Shown piece by piece: positions 1 to 10,096 of a stretch of DNA of 64,000 bases; positions within the stretch are counted from its first letter, which is position 1, and each line of letters begins with the position of its first letter. The stretch is from Acidimicrobiales bacterium (GTDB taxonomy: Bacteria > Actinomycetota > Acidimicrobiia > Acidimicrobiales > Bog-793). The notes beneath the pieces are model-generated. The model saw only the letters and a program-made list of their open reading frames with translations. It was not told where the DNA came from and searched no databases. A program made the position numbers and the translations under genes. The stretch is from the NCBI GenBank assembly GCA_052148655.1, contig JBKQHU010000072.1:3128-67127 (forward strand), written 5' to 3'.

Positions 1-374
1 ACCGCGGTGGGCTCGTCCTCTGGGTCCACGGTCACCTTCGTGACGGCGCTGTCGCGCGCCGCCCCGGGAAAGTCGATCGCAGTGATCTCGACGGTCGTGT
101 ACCACTGACGGTGCCCGTAGCGACGCCGTCCCCGTGCCTTGGCCTTGTAGGTGAACCCGACGATCTTGGGTCCCTTCGCCAAGCCGATCACGCGGCCTTT
201 GACGCTCGAGGCCTCCAACGGGACGCGTTCGGTCACGATGTGGTCGCCGTCGACAACCAGCTTGGGCACGAAGCTCACCTCGTCGCCCGGTCCGGCGCTC
301 AGGAGCTCGACGTCGAGCTGTTCGCCGACCTGGACACGTGCTTGCTTGCCACCTGCATCAATTACCGCGTACAT
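1..374 (-). CDS. rplU: 50S ribosomal protein L21 (3' end runs off window)
   Basis: Manual translation from ATG at 374: MYAVIDAGGKQARVQVGEQLDVELL...KGPKIVGFTYKAKARGRRRYGHRQWYT; follows rne as in the conserved rne-rplU order; not in the ORF track because it is open at the edge. Confidence 0.95.
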   Translation of the reverse strand, partial: MYAVIDAGGKQARVQVGEQLDVELLSAGPGDEVSFVPKLVVDGDHIVTERVPLEASSVKGRVIGLAKGPKIVGFTYKAKARGRRRYGHRQWYTTVEITAIDFPGAARDSAVTKVTVDPEDEPTA

Positions 375-399
375 ATGCCGGCAACGATAGCGCAGGGAA

Positions 400-2256
400 T
401 CACAAGTCCTGATCGGGGAAGATGATCCCCCGTCCGGCGCAGGTCGGGCACGTCTCAGAAAGGGCCTCGACCAGGCCTTCCCCCACGCGCTTGCGCGTCA
501 TCTCCACGAGGCCCAGCTCCGAGATCTCGTAGACCTGCGTCGGTGTCTTGTCGCGGGCGAGTGCCGCTTTGAACGCGGCCAGCACCGAGGTGCGATTGGC
601 CTTGATCTCCATGTCGACGAAGTCGATGACGATGATTCCACCGATGTCCCGCAAACGCAGCTGGCGGGCTATCTCCTCGGCGGCCTCGAGGTTGTTCTCG
701 AACACGGTCTCCTCGAGGCTCGAGGAGCCCACGTTCTTGCCCGTGTTGACGTCGATGACCGTGAGCGCTTCGGTCCGTTCGATGATGAGCGACCCTCCCG
801 AGGGCAGCCATACCTTGCGGTCGAGCGCCTTGTGGAGCTGCTCGTGGACGTGGTGCCGCTCGAACAGGGGCAGCGGCTCGTTCGAGAGGTCGTACAGCTC
901 GACACGCTCGGCGAGCTCGGGGTTGAACTGCGAGACGTAGTCCCGCACGATTACGAACAGCTCGGGATCGTCAATGAGGACCGACCGGTGCTCGTCGGTC
1001 AGCTCCTCGCGGATGATCCGCACGGCCATGTGCGGCTCCGAGTACAAAAGCGCCGGCGCAGGCAGCTTGCGCGTGCGCTCGTCGATCTCACGCCAGCGTC
1101 CGACGAGCATCTCGACGTCGCGGCGCAGGTCCTCGGCGCTCGCCCCGGCGGCGGCCGTCCGCACGATGAGGCCGTGGCCGTCCGGGCGGACGTCGTCGAG
1201 GATCCTTCGCAGCCTGCGGCGCTCGGTGTCGTCGAGCCGACGCGAGATCCCGTAGGTAGCCGACTCGGGCACCAGCACGACAAAGCGGCCCGGGATCGAC
1301 ACCTCCTGGGTCAGGCGGGCCCCCTTCAGCCCGATCGGGTTCTTCGTCACCTGGCAGACGATCGTCTGGCCCGGCCTGAGCAGGTGCTCGATCCGATCGG
1401 CGCCGGCCTGGCGCTCGACGTCGTCGCGGTCGTAGGAAACATCGCCCCAGTACAACACGGCGTTCTTGGGGGTCCCGATGTCGACGAAGGCGGCTTCCAT
1501 GCCCGGGAGCACGTTCTTCACGCGCCCGCGGTAGATGTTGCCGACAATCTGGTTCGCGTCGTCCTGGGGACGGGCCACGAAGTGCTCGATGAGCGCCCGG
1601 CCTTCGAGCACGGCGATGTGGGTCGCCTCGTGCTCGACGTGTACGCACATGAGGTAGCGGCCGACCGGCCGGCCCCGCCGGTCGCGGGCCAGCCTCTGCG
1701 CCGGGCCTGCATCGGTCCCGGGCGAAGCGGCCGCCTGGCTCACCGGCGCCCGCCGCGGCTGGGCATTGGCACCAGCCTTGTTCCTCGGCGCACGTGAGGC
1801 GCCCGCCGGTTTTGAACCTGCGCCGGCGTCGGCCCCGAGGCCGTCGGGAGCGGTCCCGTTCGCATAGGTGGACGCTCGGGAACCGGCGCTGTTGTTCGCG
1901 CGCCGTGACCGACTGCGCCCGCCCCGCCGCCGTCGGGACGAGCCGCCTCCCTGCCCAGTGCCGGCGGCGGCACCATCACCGTTTTCCCCGCCCTGGAGTT
2001 CACCCTGTTGGCCCGGCTGTGCCCTGCGCCCGTCACCTTCCGGCACCGCGACGGGCTCGGCTGGCTTAGAGAACGGCGGTGCGGGCCTCGAATCGCCTAT
2101 CTTCGGCCTTTGGGGCACAGTCGCCGCGCTCGCGCCACTGGCAAACGAGCCGGGCGGCTCTTCGTTCTGCGCGCCGCTCGCCACCTCGGGCGCACCGGCT
2201 GCGCCTCTTGGCGCGTTCGGTACAGACGCCGGGCGGCCGGTCGTCGGATCCAACAT
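400..2256 (-). CDS. rne: Rne/Rng family ribonuclease (RNase E/G) with disordered N-terminal extension
   Basis: GNIYRGRVKNVLPGMEAAFVDIG (S1), VIDVNTG, RQLRLRDIGGIIVIDFVDM, CPTCAGRG; start placed at ATG 2256 behind AGAAGGGA. Confidence 0.95.
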   Translation of the reverse strand: MLDPTTGRPASVPNAPRGAAGAPEVASGAQNEEPPGSFASGASAATVPQRPKIGDSRPAPPFSKPAEPVAVPEGDGRRAQPGQQGELQGGENGDGAAAGTGQGGGSSRRRRGGRSRSRRANNSAGSRASTYANGTAPDGLGADAGAGSKPAGASRAPRNKAGANAQPRRAPVSQAAASPGTDAGPAQRLARDRRGRPVGRYLMCVHVEHEATHIAVLEGRALIEHFVARPQDDANQIVGNIYRGRVKNVLPGMEAAFVDIGTPKNAVLYWGDVSYDRDDVERQAGADRIEHLLRPGQTIVCQVTKNPIGLKGARLTQEVSIPGRFVVLVPESATYGISRRLDDTERRRLRRILDDVRPDGHGLIVRTAAAGASAEDLRRDVEMLVGRWREIDERTRKLPAPALLYSEPHMAVRIIREELTDEHRSVLIDDPELFVIVRDYVSQFNPELAERVELYDLSNEPLPLFERHHVHEQLHKALDRKVWLPSGGSLIIERTEALTVIDVNTGKNVGSSSLEETVFENNLEAAEEIARQLRLRDIGGIIVIDFVDMEIKANRTSVLAAFKAALARDKTPTQVYEISELGLVEMTRKRVGEGLVEALSETCPTCAGRGIIFPDQDL

Positions 2257-2549
2257 CGGGGAGATCCCTTCTAAAGGTCGCGCCGCGAAGCGGCGCGGGC
2301 GGCATTCCTCGGGCGGCACCGCGGTGAGTCACCTCTCCGGTGCAGCCGGACGGATTGCCGAGAATGAATGCAAGAGCACGTTCTTTGTCGTCTCGTTCGC
2401 GGGTCCGCGCGAAAGGTGGGGAGACGTTACGGTCGGTGACAGCGAAAATGACGTAGCAAGCTACGGCCGCAGCAGTAATCGACACGGCTCTGGCGACCGA
2501 GTTCGATTGTGTGAGGGGCCTTGACGTCGTCATCCTGGCCAGCAGTTTA
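2257..2549 (-). promoter_or_regulatory. putative rne promoter (-10 TAAACT) and long structured 5' leader
   Basis: TAAACT at 2549-2544 on minus strand; several nested inverted repeats between it and the RBS. Confidence 0.5.
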
Positions 2550-2658
2550 GTCACCACCCCGGTCCGCTCCGCGCCAAGGGGTCGACTGCTGGTAGCCTCT
2601 GCGCCTCCCGATCTGAGCAATGCTCCGAGGCGAAGCCCGGGATGCGTCCCAGAGGCGG

Positions 2659-4797
2659 TCAGGGAACGTTCGAGGGCGGCCGCAGGTCCGCGGAACCGAC
2701 GGGGTGGTTGGTCAGGTAGGTGAAGATCTCACGCGCCACGGGTGCCGCGGCGGCCGCGCCGTAGCCCGCCTGGTCGATCACCACGGCTACCACATAACGC
2801 GGCGCGCTCGTCGGTCCGAAGGCGACGAACCACGCCGTCGGCTGCACGTTCGTGTTCGAGCTCTCCGTGGCCGTGCCGGTCTTGCCGGCCAGCGGCATGC
2901 CGTTGTAGCCCTGGAACGTGGCATAGGCAGTGCCGTTCGGGGAGTAGATGGCGCCCTCGAGGCCGCTCAGGATCTGTTGATAGGTGCTCGGCGGGAGATC
3001 CACGTGACCCATGACGCGCGGCTTGAACTGTCTGAGCACCTTGCCGGTCGGCGACACGATCGAGTTGACGACCTGCGGGGCGTACCGGGTGCCGCCGGTC
3101 GCGAACGTCCCGTAGGCGACGGCCTCCTGAAGCGGCGTGACCAGGGTCTCGCCCTGCCCGAAGGCCATCTCGATGTTGTCGGCGATGCCGTAGTAGGTGC
3201 TCGGGAAGGCCTGCGGGGCCTCGGCGTGCTGGACCTGGCGCAGTCTCGGGCTGTCGACCTGGCCGGAGTACTCGTTCGGGAGGTCGATGCCCGTCGAGCG
3301 CCCGAAGCCGTACTGCTCGGCGACGTCCTGGATGGGCTCCTGGCCGTAGGTGCCCGAGTCGTACCAGTAGTCGGCCCCGAGGGTGTAGAAGAACACGTCG
3401 TCTGAGACCGTGAGGGCCGTCGTCACGTTTATCGGCCCCTGGCCCCTCTCGTTCAGGTTGTTGTAGTAGAGGCATTGTCCGCTACAGGGCGGCCCGATCT
3501 GGTAAAAGCCGCGATCGTCGATGTAACCCCCGAGACTGGCGAGAAGACCGTCGTTGAGCGCCGCCGTCGCGGTGGCGAGCTTGAAGGTGGAACCGGGGGC
3601 CCAAAGGCCCTGGACCGCCCGGTTTAAGAGAGGATCGTGATCGGCCTGGCTCGTCAGGAGCTGATAGTGCTGGTCGGAGATGCCCCCTACCCACCACGAC
3701 GGGTTGTACGACGGGACCGACGCCAGGGCGAAGACGGCCCCCGTCTCGGGGTCGAGCACCACCGCCGCGCCGGAGTCAGCCGGCAGGCCACTCGCCTGCA
3801 GCTTGCCGATCTGGTCGGTCAAGGCCTGCTCGACCTCCTGCTGCAGATTGAGGTCGACGTTGAGCACGACATCGTCACCGCTGGCCGGGGCCACGGTCTT
3901 CACCGTCCCGACCGGGTTCCCGGAGGCGTCGACCTTGATGACCTCCGATCCGGGCCGGCCCCGTAGCCACAGCTCGTCGGTCGCCTCGACGCCGGATTGG
4001 CCGACGACATCGTTGGAGCTGTAGCCGTACTTCGCCAATGCGTGCAGCTCGGCCGCGTCGATATCGCCCGTGTAGCCCAGCACCTGCGCCGCGGTGTCAC
4101 CGCGGGGATAGGTCCGCTCGGCCGTGAAGTTGACCGAGACGCCGGGGAACATGGCCTTGTGCTCGGCCAGGTAGACGATGGTCGACTGTGGTACCCCGAT
4201 CGCTATGGGCACAGGCTGGTAGGGGCTCGCCTGCGGGTTCGCGAGCGACGTGTTGACATCCGCCACGCTTTGTCCGAGCAGCGCCGCCAGGCGCCCGATG
4301 ACCGCAGGGGTCGCCGCCGAGCGGCTGAGCGAGACGACCGGGAGCACCTGGTCGCCCACGAGAACCTGTCCTCCCCGGGCGATGATCAGGCCGCGCGCCG
4401 GTGTGATCGGGACCGTCTGTTGTTCGTATACGAGAGCGGCGTTGCGGTAGTGGGAGCTGTGGAGAACCTGGAGGGACCAGAGCCGGACCACCACAGCCGA
4501 GAAGGCGACCAGCACGACCAGGCCCATGACCGTGAGCCGGAGACCGAAGCGAGCGCTCTCCTGTCGGCGCAGCTGCTCGCGTTCCTCCTCCTCGAGGCGT
4601 TTCAGCGGGCTCGAGCTGACGATCCGTGTTCTGTGCCGCTCGCCTTCTTCGTCGGCCGGGAAGTACGGCGCCTGCACGGGCTTTCCAGCTCGCGGGCGGG
4701 CCGGACCTCGTGCAACGCGCGAGGGACGCGGGTCTTTCGGTCGGCTGGGACGGCGGGACGGCTCCGGCGGCTCGGGACCTTCGCCCGAGGCGCTCAC
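2659..4797 (-). CDS. mrdA: penicillin-binding protein 2 (class B transpeptidase)
   Basis: N-terminal TM; PGSTFK (SxxK), SDD (SxN-like), KTGT; downstream of mreD. Confidence 0.95.
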   Translation of the reverse strand: MSASGEGPEPPEPSRRPSRPKDPRPSRVARGPARPRAGKPVQAPYFPADEEGERHRTRIVSSSPLKRLEEEEREQLRRQESARFGLRLTVMGLVVLVAFSAVVVRLWSLQVLHSSHYRNAALVYEQQTVPITPARGLIIARGGQVLVGDQVLPVVSLSRSAATPAVIGRLAALLGQSVADVNTSLANPQASPYQPVPIAIGVPQSTIVYLAEHKAMFPGVSVNFTAERTYPRGDTAAQVLGYTGDIDAAELHALAKYGYSSNDVVGQSGVEATDELWLRGRPGSEVIKVDASGNPVGTVKTVAPASGDDVVLNVDLNLQQEVEQALTDQIGKLQASGLPADSGAAVVLDPETGAVFALASVPSYNPSWWVGGISDQHYQLLTSQADHDPLLNRAVQGLWAPGSTFKLATATAALNDGLLASLGGYIDDRGFYQIGPPCSGQCLYYNNLNERGQGPINVTTALTVSDDVFFYTLGADYWYDSGTYGQEPIQDVAEQYGFGRSTGIDLPNEYSGQVDSPRLRQVQHAEAPQAFPSTYYGIADNIEMAFGQGETLVTPLQEAVAYGTFATGGTRYAPQVVNSIVSPTGKVLRQFKPRVMGHVDLPPSTYQQILSGLEGAIYSPNGTAYATFQGYNGMPLAGKTGTATESSNTNVQPTAWFVAFGPTSAPRYVVAVVIDQAGYGAAAAAPVAREIFTYLTNHPVGSADLRPPSNVP

Positions 4798-5339
4798 CTG
4801 GCACTCCCGCTCGCGAACCCACCCGCGTCACGGTGGGCCCCCGGGGCGACAGCAAGAGTCCACTCGAGCAGTCGGAAGGCGGGGTTGGCGAGCAGCACAC
4901 AGCCGGCCGCGACGACAACCGCGATGACCACGAGCTGGTGGTGCGGCACGCTCGGCTGGCCGATGAGAGTGCCGAGCCCGGCGAAGAGCAATGTCCCGCC
5001 CACCCCGCCGAGCAGTGCCGTCGCGGCCTGGAAGCCGATGCTCGGCCGCGTGGTCGCCGTGCCGGCAGCCAGGCCCACCGCGAAGGCCACGAGCACGTAG
5101 CAGAGCGAGGACAGGCCGTAGGGAGTCGGCACGAACACATCGGCGACGAGCCCCAGCACGAAACCCATGACGGCCCCGCGTTGCGGGCCCGCCACGAGGC
5201 CGGCAGAGATTGCCAGTAGCAGGAATGCGTCCGGGTGGGCTCCACCGATCACGATCTGGTTCAGGACGCACACCTGGACGAGCACCACCGCCAGGGTGAT
5301 TACCCCGAGCCGGCCCCAGGTGCGAACAGTCACGACCAA
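4794..5339 (-). CDS. mreD: rod shape-determining protein MreD
   Basis: hydrophobic 181 aa with HPD...GFVLGLVAD...G, between mreC and mrdA. Confidence 0.9.
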   Translation of the reverse strand: MVVTVRTWGRLGVITLAVVLVQVCVLNQIVIGGAHPDAFLLLAISAGLVAGPQRGAVMGFVLGLVADVFVPTPYGLSSLCYVLVAFAVGLAAGTATTRPSIGFQAATALLGGVGGTLLFAGLGTLIGQPSVPHHQLVVIAVVVAAGCVLLANPAFRLLEWTLAVAPGAHRDAGGFASGSAR

Positions 5340-5391
5340 GCCGCCATTTTGCGCCCCTCCGCCTCGGCTGGCGGCTCACATCGAATACGAG

Positions 5392-6225
5392 TCACGCGGG
5401 CGGGAACCACTGCAGCACGGCCAGGTACTGGAGGACGAGGAGGTTCACGAGCGGCGTCACGAGGACCTGGGACGTGAGCGACCCACCGGTGTGATGCACC
5501 GACGCCACGGTTCCCACCGGGATGCCCGATGGGTAGGCGGCAAGGTCGAGGCCGCTCGTGACTACGGCCGCGCCCCGGCTCGTGACGCTCGTCTCGGACA
5601 CATCCTGCAGTTGCAGGGGATTGCCTGCGCCCTGGCCGACGGCAACAGCGACGTTGCCGTTCCCGAAGCGGACACCGATCTCGGATCTGGGATCGGTCAA
5701 CACCTGGACGATCGCCGTGTGCTGGCCGGCCGAGATCACCGAGCCGACGAGCCCGACACCGGACACGACGGGCATCCCCACGCCCACCCCGTTCGCGGTG
5801 CCGCGGTCGATCTCGACCGTCAGGTCGAAATTCGACGACGGGGAGGAGATCACCTCACCCAGCACCTCTGGGATCCCGTCGGCGAAAGGAAGGTTCTGCT
5901 CCGAGCGCAGCTGGTCGAGCTGGCTCTGAGACTGCGAGGCTTCGATCAGCTGGCGACGGAGCTGGCCCACCTCGAGCTGCAGCCGCTGGTTCTCGCCGAG
6001 AGCGCCACCGTAGCCAGCCATCCCGGCGAACAGGTTGCCGATCGGGTGCAGCACAGCCGCAACGCCGCGCTGCAGCGGCGCGACCACGTCGGCGGCGCCG
6101 TTTCGGACCGAGCCGATGGCGCGCCGCGCTTCGCCCTTGTAGGCGACAGTGATCACTGTGACCGAGGCGAGAAGCAGGATGACCAGCGTGAGGCGCTGGC
6201 TGGTGTTGCGGCGAGAGGCGGCCAC
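5392..6225 (-). CDS. mreC: rod shape-determining protein MreC
   Basis: TM + coiled coil, IDRGTANGVGVGMPV, VVTSG...YPSGIPVG; start moved to GTG 6225. Confidence 0.92.
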   Translation of the reverse strand: MAASRRNTSQRLTLVILLLASVTVITVAYKGEARRAIGSVRNGAADVVAPLQRGVAAVLHPIGNLFAGMAGYGGALGENQRLQLEVGQLRRQLIEASQSQSQLDQLRSEQNLPFADGIPEVLGEVISSPSSNFDLTVEIDRGTANGVGVGMPVVSGVGLVGSVISAGQHTAIVQVLTDPRSEIGVRFGNGNVAVAVGQGAGNPLQLQDVSETSVTSRGAAVVTSGLDLAAYPSGIPVGTVASVHHTGGSLTSQVLVTPLVNLLVLQYLAVLQWFPPA

Positions 6226-6239
6226 CGCGACCCCGGAGG

Positions 6240-7271
6240 TCAGCGGTTGGTCGAGGAGATGAGGACCTGCTTCAGGGCCTCGAACTCCTCGAGGCACATG
6301 CCGCTGCCGAGCGCAACGCAGTTGAGGGGATCGGGAGCCACGACGATCGGCATGTGCGTCTCCGCCTGGAGCCTGCTGTCGAGCCCATGCAAGAGCGCGC
6401 CGCCGCCCGTGAGCACGATGCCTTGTTCCATGATGTCCGCCGCAAGCTCCGGCGGGGTGCGGTCCAAGGTGACCTTGACCGCGTCGACGATCGCCGAGAC
6501 AGGCTCTTCGATGGCCTTGCGGATCTCCTCGGTTGTCGTGACGACGGTCTTCGGAAGGCCGGTCACGAGGTCGCGACCACGGATCTCGGCGTGGAGCTCT
6601 TCTTCGAGCTCATAGGCGGATCCGAGGGCGATCTTGATCTCCTCTGCAGTCCGCTCACCGAGAGCGAGGCTGTACTCCTTCTTCACGAACGAGATGATCG
6701 CCTCGTCGAGCTCGTCTCCGCCGATCCGGATCGACTGGCTGACGACGATGCCGCCGAGCGATATCACCGCCACCTCTGTCGTGCCGCCACCGATGTCGAC
6801 GACCATGTTGCCGGTCGGCTCGTGGATGGGCAGGCCCGCGCCGATGGCGGCCGCCATGGGCTCTTCGATGATGTAGGCCTTGCGGGCACCTGCGTACTCG
6901 GCGGCCTCCTGCACAGCGCGCTTTTCGACCCCGGTGATGCCCGATGGCACGCAGATGACCATGCGCGGCTTGGAGAAACGATGGGGGTGGACACGGCGGA
7001 TGAAGTAGCGAAGCATCATCTCGCAGATCTCGAAATCGGCGATGACGCCGTCCTTGAGGGGCCGGATCGCCTGGATGTTGCTCGGCGTCCTGCCGATCAT
7101 CCGTTTGGCCTCGACACCGACTGCGAGCGGGTGGCCGTCCTTGACGTTGATCGCGACAACAGAAGGCTCGTTGAGAACGATCCCGCGACCACGGACGTAC
7201 ACGAGCGTGTTAGCGGTGCCGAGGTCGACGGCCATGTCACGACCGATGAAGGAGAACCTGCTCTCAGGCAT
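6240..7271 (-). CDS. mreB: rod shape-determining protein MreB
   Basis: [34 protein letters not shown]. Confidence 0.98.
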   Translation of the reverse strand: MPESRFSFIGRDMAVDLGTANTLVYVRGRGIVLNEPSVVAINVKDGHPLAVGVEAKRMIGRTPSNIQAIRPLKDGVIADFEICEMMLRYFIRRVHPHRFSKPRMVICVPSGITGVEKRAVQEAAEYAGARKAYIIEEPMAAAIGAGLPIHEPTGNMVVDIGGGTTEVAVISLGGIVVSQSIRIGGDELDEAIISFVKKEYSLALGERTAEEIKIALGSAYELEEELHAEIRGRDLVTGLPKTVVTTTEEIRKAIEEPVSAIVDAVKVTLDRTPPELAADIMEQGIVLTGGGALLHGLDSRLQAETHMPIVVAPDPLNCVALGSGMCLEEFEALKQVLISSTNR

Positions 7272-7502
7272 ACAAGTGCTCCAGGCTTAGGCGGGCTTGT
7301 GGCACCAGGCTACGAGATGCGTGCCCAGGTCACAAGAGCGGGCGGGGCCGGCGGGCTCCAACGCCCGACCCCGAGTGGCCCCGAACCGGCCCGTGGCGGC
7401 GCCGGAACTCGGGCTCGGCCGGGCGGAAATGGCACCGGACGGCGTCGGCGACGGGACCTTCGGCCCTAACACGCGGCGGACGCGACGGCTTTCATCATTG
7501 CA

Positions 7503-8921
7503 ATGACGCTTGATCTTTCACGCTGGCAGTTCGGGATCACGACCGTCTTCCACTTCATGTTCGTCCCGCTCACGATCGGCCTCGCCCTCTTGCTGGCGAT
7601 CATGCAGACGGCGGCTTATCGAACGCGTGAAGACGCGGAGAGGCACGCCAAGTGGGACCGCATCACCGCCTTTTGGCGGCGCCTGTTCCTGATCAACTTC
7701 GCCGTCGGCGTGGTCACTGGCATCGTGCAGGAGTTCCAGTTCGGCATGAACTGGTCGCTCTACTCACGCTATGTGGGCAGTGTCTTCGGCGCCCCGTTGG
7801 CAGTCGAGGCCCTGCTGGCATTCTTCTTGGAGTCGACCTTCCTCGGGGTCTGGATCTTCGGAAAGGGCCGGGTCTCGGCCCGGGTCCACTTGGCGTCCAT
7901 CTGGCTCGTCAGCATCGGGACCATGCTGTCCGCCCTGTTCATCCTGGCAGCGAACGCCTGGATGCAGCATCCGGTCGGCTACAAGGTTGTAGGCAACCGC
8001 GCCGTGATGACCAACTTCTGGGCGGTGATGACCAACAGCACCCTCATCGGCTCGTTCCTGCACGTCCTTTTCTCGGCGCTGGTGACCTCGACGATGCTCA
8101 TCTTGGGCGTGAGCGGCTGGCACCTGTTGAAGGACCGGCGCGCCGGCCATGCACCCCGGCCGGTCTTCGCCACCTCGGCCAAGCTGGCCCTGGTCGTAGG
8201 CGTCGTCGCCATCGTCGCCACGATGTTCTTCGGCGACAACCAGGCAAGGATCATGGAGCGCCAGCAGCCCATGAAGATGGCCGCCGCCGAGGCCATCTAC
8301 AACACCGAGAACGGTGCGAGCTTCTCGCTGCTCACGATCGGGGACCTCTCGGGCAACCCGATCTTCCAGATCCGGCTCCCCCACATGCTCTCCGTACTGG
8401 CCGACAACAACTGGGACGGCGCGGTGCTGGGGATCAACCAGATCCAGGCCCGGGAAGCGGCCAAGTACGGACCTGGCAACTACAAGCCCATCTTGTGGGT
8501 CACGTACTGGACCTTCCGCATCATGGTGGGTTGTGGGATCCTCATGCTCTTCTTGCTGGCCGCCGGCCTTTGGCTCATGCGCCGGCGCAAGCTCGAGCAG
8601 TCGGCCTGGTTCTTGAGGGTCTCGGGGTTCGCGATCGCGCTCCCCTTCATCGCCAACACCACGGGTTGGATCTTCACCGAGATGGGTCGCCAGCCCTGGG
8701 TCGTCTACGGGTTGCTGAAGACCTCCCAGGCCGTGTCGCACATCGGCACCGGCTACGTCGTGACGACGTTGGTCGGTTTCACGGCCATCTACAGCCTGCT
8801 GGCCGCGATCGACTTCGGGCTCATGGCCCGCTATGCCCGCGGCGAGGGGACGAGCGAAGACAACGACGACGAGCCTGAGCCCGAGCCCGGTGACGACCGG
8901 GTGCCGGCGCTCGTCTACTGA
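7503..8921 (+). CDS. cydA: cytochrome bd ubiquinol oxidase subunit I
   Basis: LSRWQFG..FH, QEFQFGMNWS, QPMKMAAAE, EMGRQPWVVYG. Confidence 0.97.
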   Translation: MTLDLSRWQFGITTVFHFMFVPLTIGLALLLAIMQTAAYRTREDAERHAKWDRITAFWRRLFLINFAVGVVTGIVQEFQFGMNWSLYSRYVGSVFGAPLAVEALLAFFLESTFLGVWIFGKGRVSARVHLASIWLVSIGTMLSALFILAANAWMQHPVGYKVVGNRAVMTNFWAVMTNSTLIGSFLHVLFSALVTSTMLILGVSGWHLLKDRRAGHAPRPVFATSAKLALVVGVVAIVATMFFGDNQARIMERQQPMKMAAAEAIYNTENGASFSLLTIGDLSGNPIFQIRLPHMLSVLADNNWDGAVLGINQIQAREAAKYGPGNYKPILWVTYWTFRIMVGCGILMLFLLAAGLWLMRRRKLEQSAWFLRVSGFAIALPFIANTTGWIFTEMGRQPWVVYGLLKTSQAVSHIGTGYVVTTLVGFTAIYSLLAAIDFGLMARYARGEGTSEDNDDEPEPEPGDDRVPALVY

Positions 8922-8935
8922 GGGAAGGAGGATCG

Positions 8936-10096
8936 GTGACCCTCATCCTCGCTGGCGTCCAGTCGGCCCACACCGGCTTCGAGGTTTTCTGGTTCATCAT
9001 CATCGCCATCTTGTGGTCGGGCTACTTCGTGCTGGAAGGGTTCGACTTCGGCGTCGGCATCATGCTCGGGGTCGTGGCCCGGGACGACCTCGACCGCAGG
9101 GTGCTCATAAACACGATCGGCCCGGTCTGGGACGGCAACGAGGTCTGGTTGCTCGTGGCGGGCGGCGCCACCTTCGCCGCCTTCCCGAACTGGTACGCGA
9201 CGCTGTTCAGCGGCTTCTACCTGCCGTTGTTCCTGATCCTGGCCGCACTCATCTTCCGGGGCGTGGCATTCGAGTTCCGCTCCAAGCGCGCCTTTCCCGC
9301 CTGGCGCCTGGCCTGGGACCACGCCATCTTCTGGGGCAGCCTGCTGCCGGCGCTGCTGTGGGGAGTGGCCTTCGCCAACATCCTTCGGGGCGTGCCCATC
9401 GGCGCCAACTTCACTTATCTCGGGTCATTCTTCAACCTTCTCAATCCCTACTCGCTGCTCGGCGGGGTGACGACGCTGCTCCTGTTCAGCCTCCACGGTG
9501 CTGTCTTCGCGTCTCTCAAGACAACCGACGACCTGAGACAGAGGGCGTCCCGGGTGGCAAGGCTCCTCGCGCCGGCCGCCACAGCCGCGATCGTGGCCTT
9601 CCTGGCGTGGACCTACGTGAACGCCCACAACATTCACGACACAGGGCTTGTCCCGCCGATAGTCCCGATCCTCGCCATCGCCTCGGTCGCCGTCGTCGGA
9701 TGGCTCTTGCGCGAGCACCTGGAAGGCTGGGCTTTCGTCGCCACAGCGATCGGCCTGATCTGCCTCGTCGCCACCATCTTTCTCAACCTGTACCCGAGGG
9801 TCATGGTCTCGAGCATCTCGCCCGCATACGATCTCACGATCGGCAACTCCGCCTCGGCGCCCTACACCTTGAAGGTCATGACCATCGTGGCGCTCATCTT
9901 CACGCCGCTCGTTCTCATCTACCAGGGGTGGTCCTACTGGGTGTTCCGCGGCCGGTTGAGCCGGCCGGCTCAGGCCGGCCCTGTCGAGCCCGCCGCGGGA
10001 GCACCCGGTCCCGCCGAAGGTGAAGCCGGGTCGGTGACCCCCGAGGCGGGGGCGGCTGTGGAGAGGGCCCCACTCACCGAGAGCGGCACGAGCTGA
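8936..10096 (+). CDS. cydB: cytochrome bd ubiquinol oxidase subunit II
   Basis: LEGFDFGVG, IGPVWDGNEVWL, FSGFYLPL. Confidence 0.97.
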   Translation: MTLILAGVQSAHTGFEVFWFIIIAILWSGYFVLEGFDFGVGIMLGVVARDDLDRRVLINTIGPVWDGNEVWLLVAGGATFAAFPNWYATLFSGFYLPLFLILAALIFRGVAFEFRSKRAFPAWRLAWDHAIFWGSLLPALLWGVAFANILRGVPIGANFTYLGSFFNLLNPYSLLGGVTTLLLFSLHGAVFASLKTTDDLRQRASRVARLLAPAATAAIVAFLAWTYVNAHNIHDTGLVPPIVPILAIASVAVVGWLLREHLEGWAFVATAIGLICLVATIFLNLYPRVMVSSISPAYDLTIGNSASAPYTLKVMTIVALIFTPLVLIYQGWSYWVFRGRLSRPAQAGPVEPAAGAPGPAEGEAGSVTPEAGAAVERAPLTESGTS

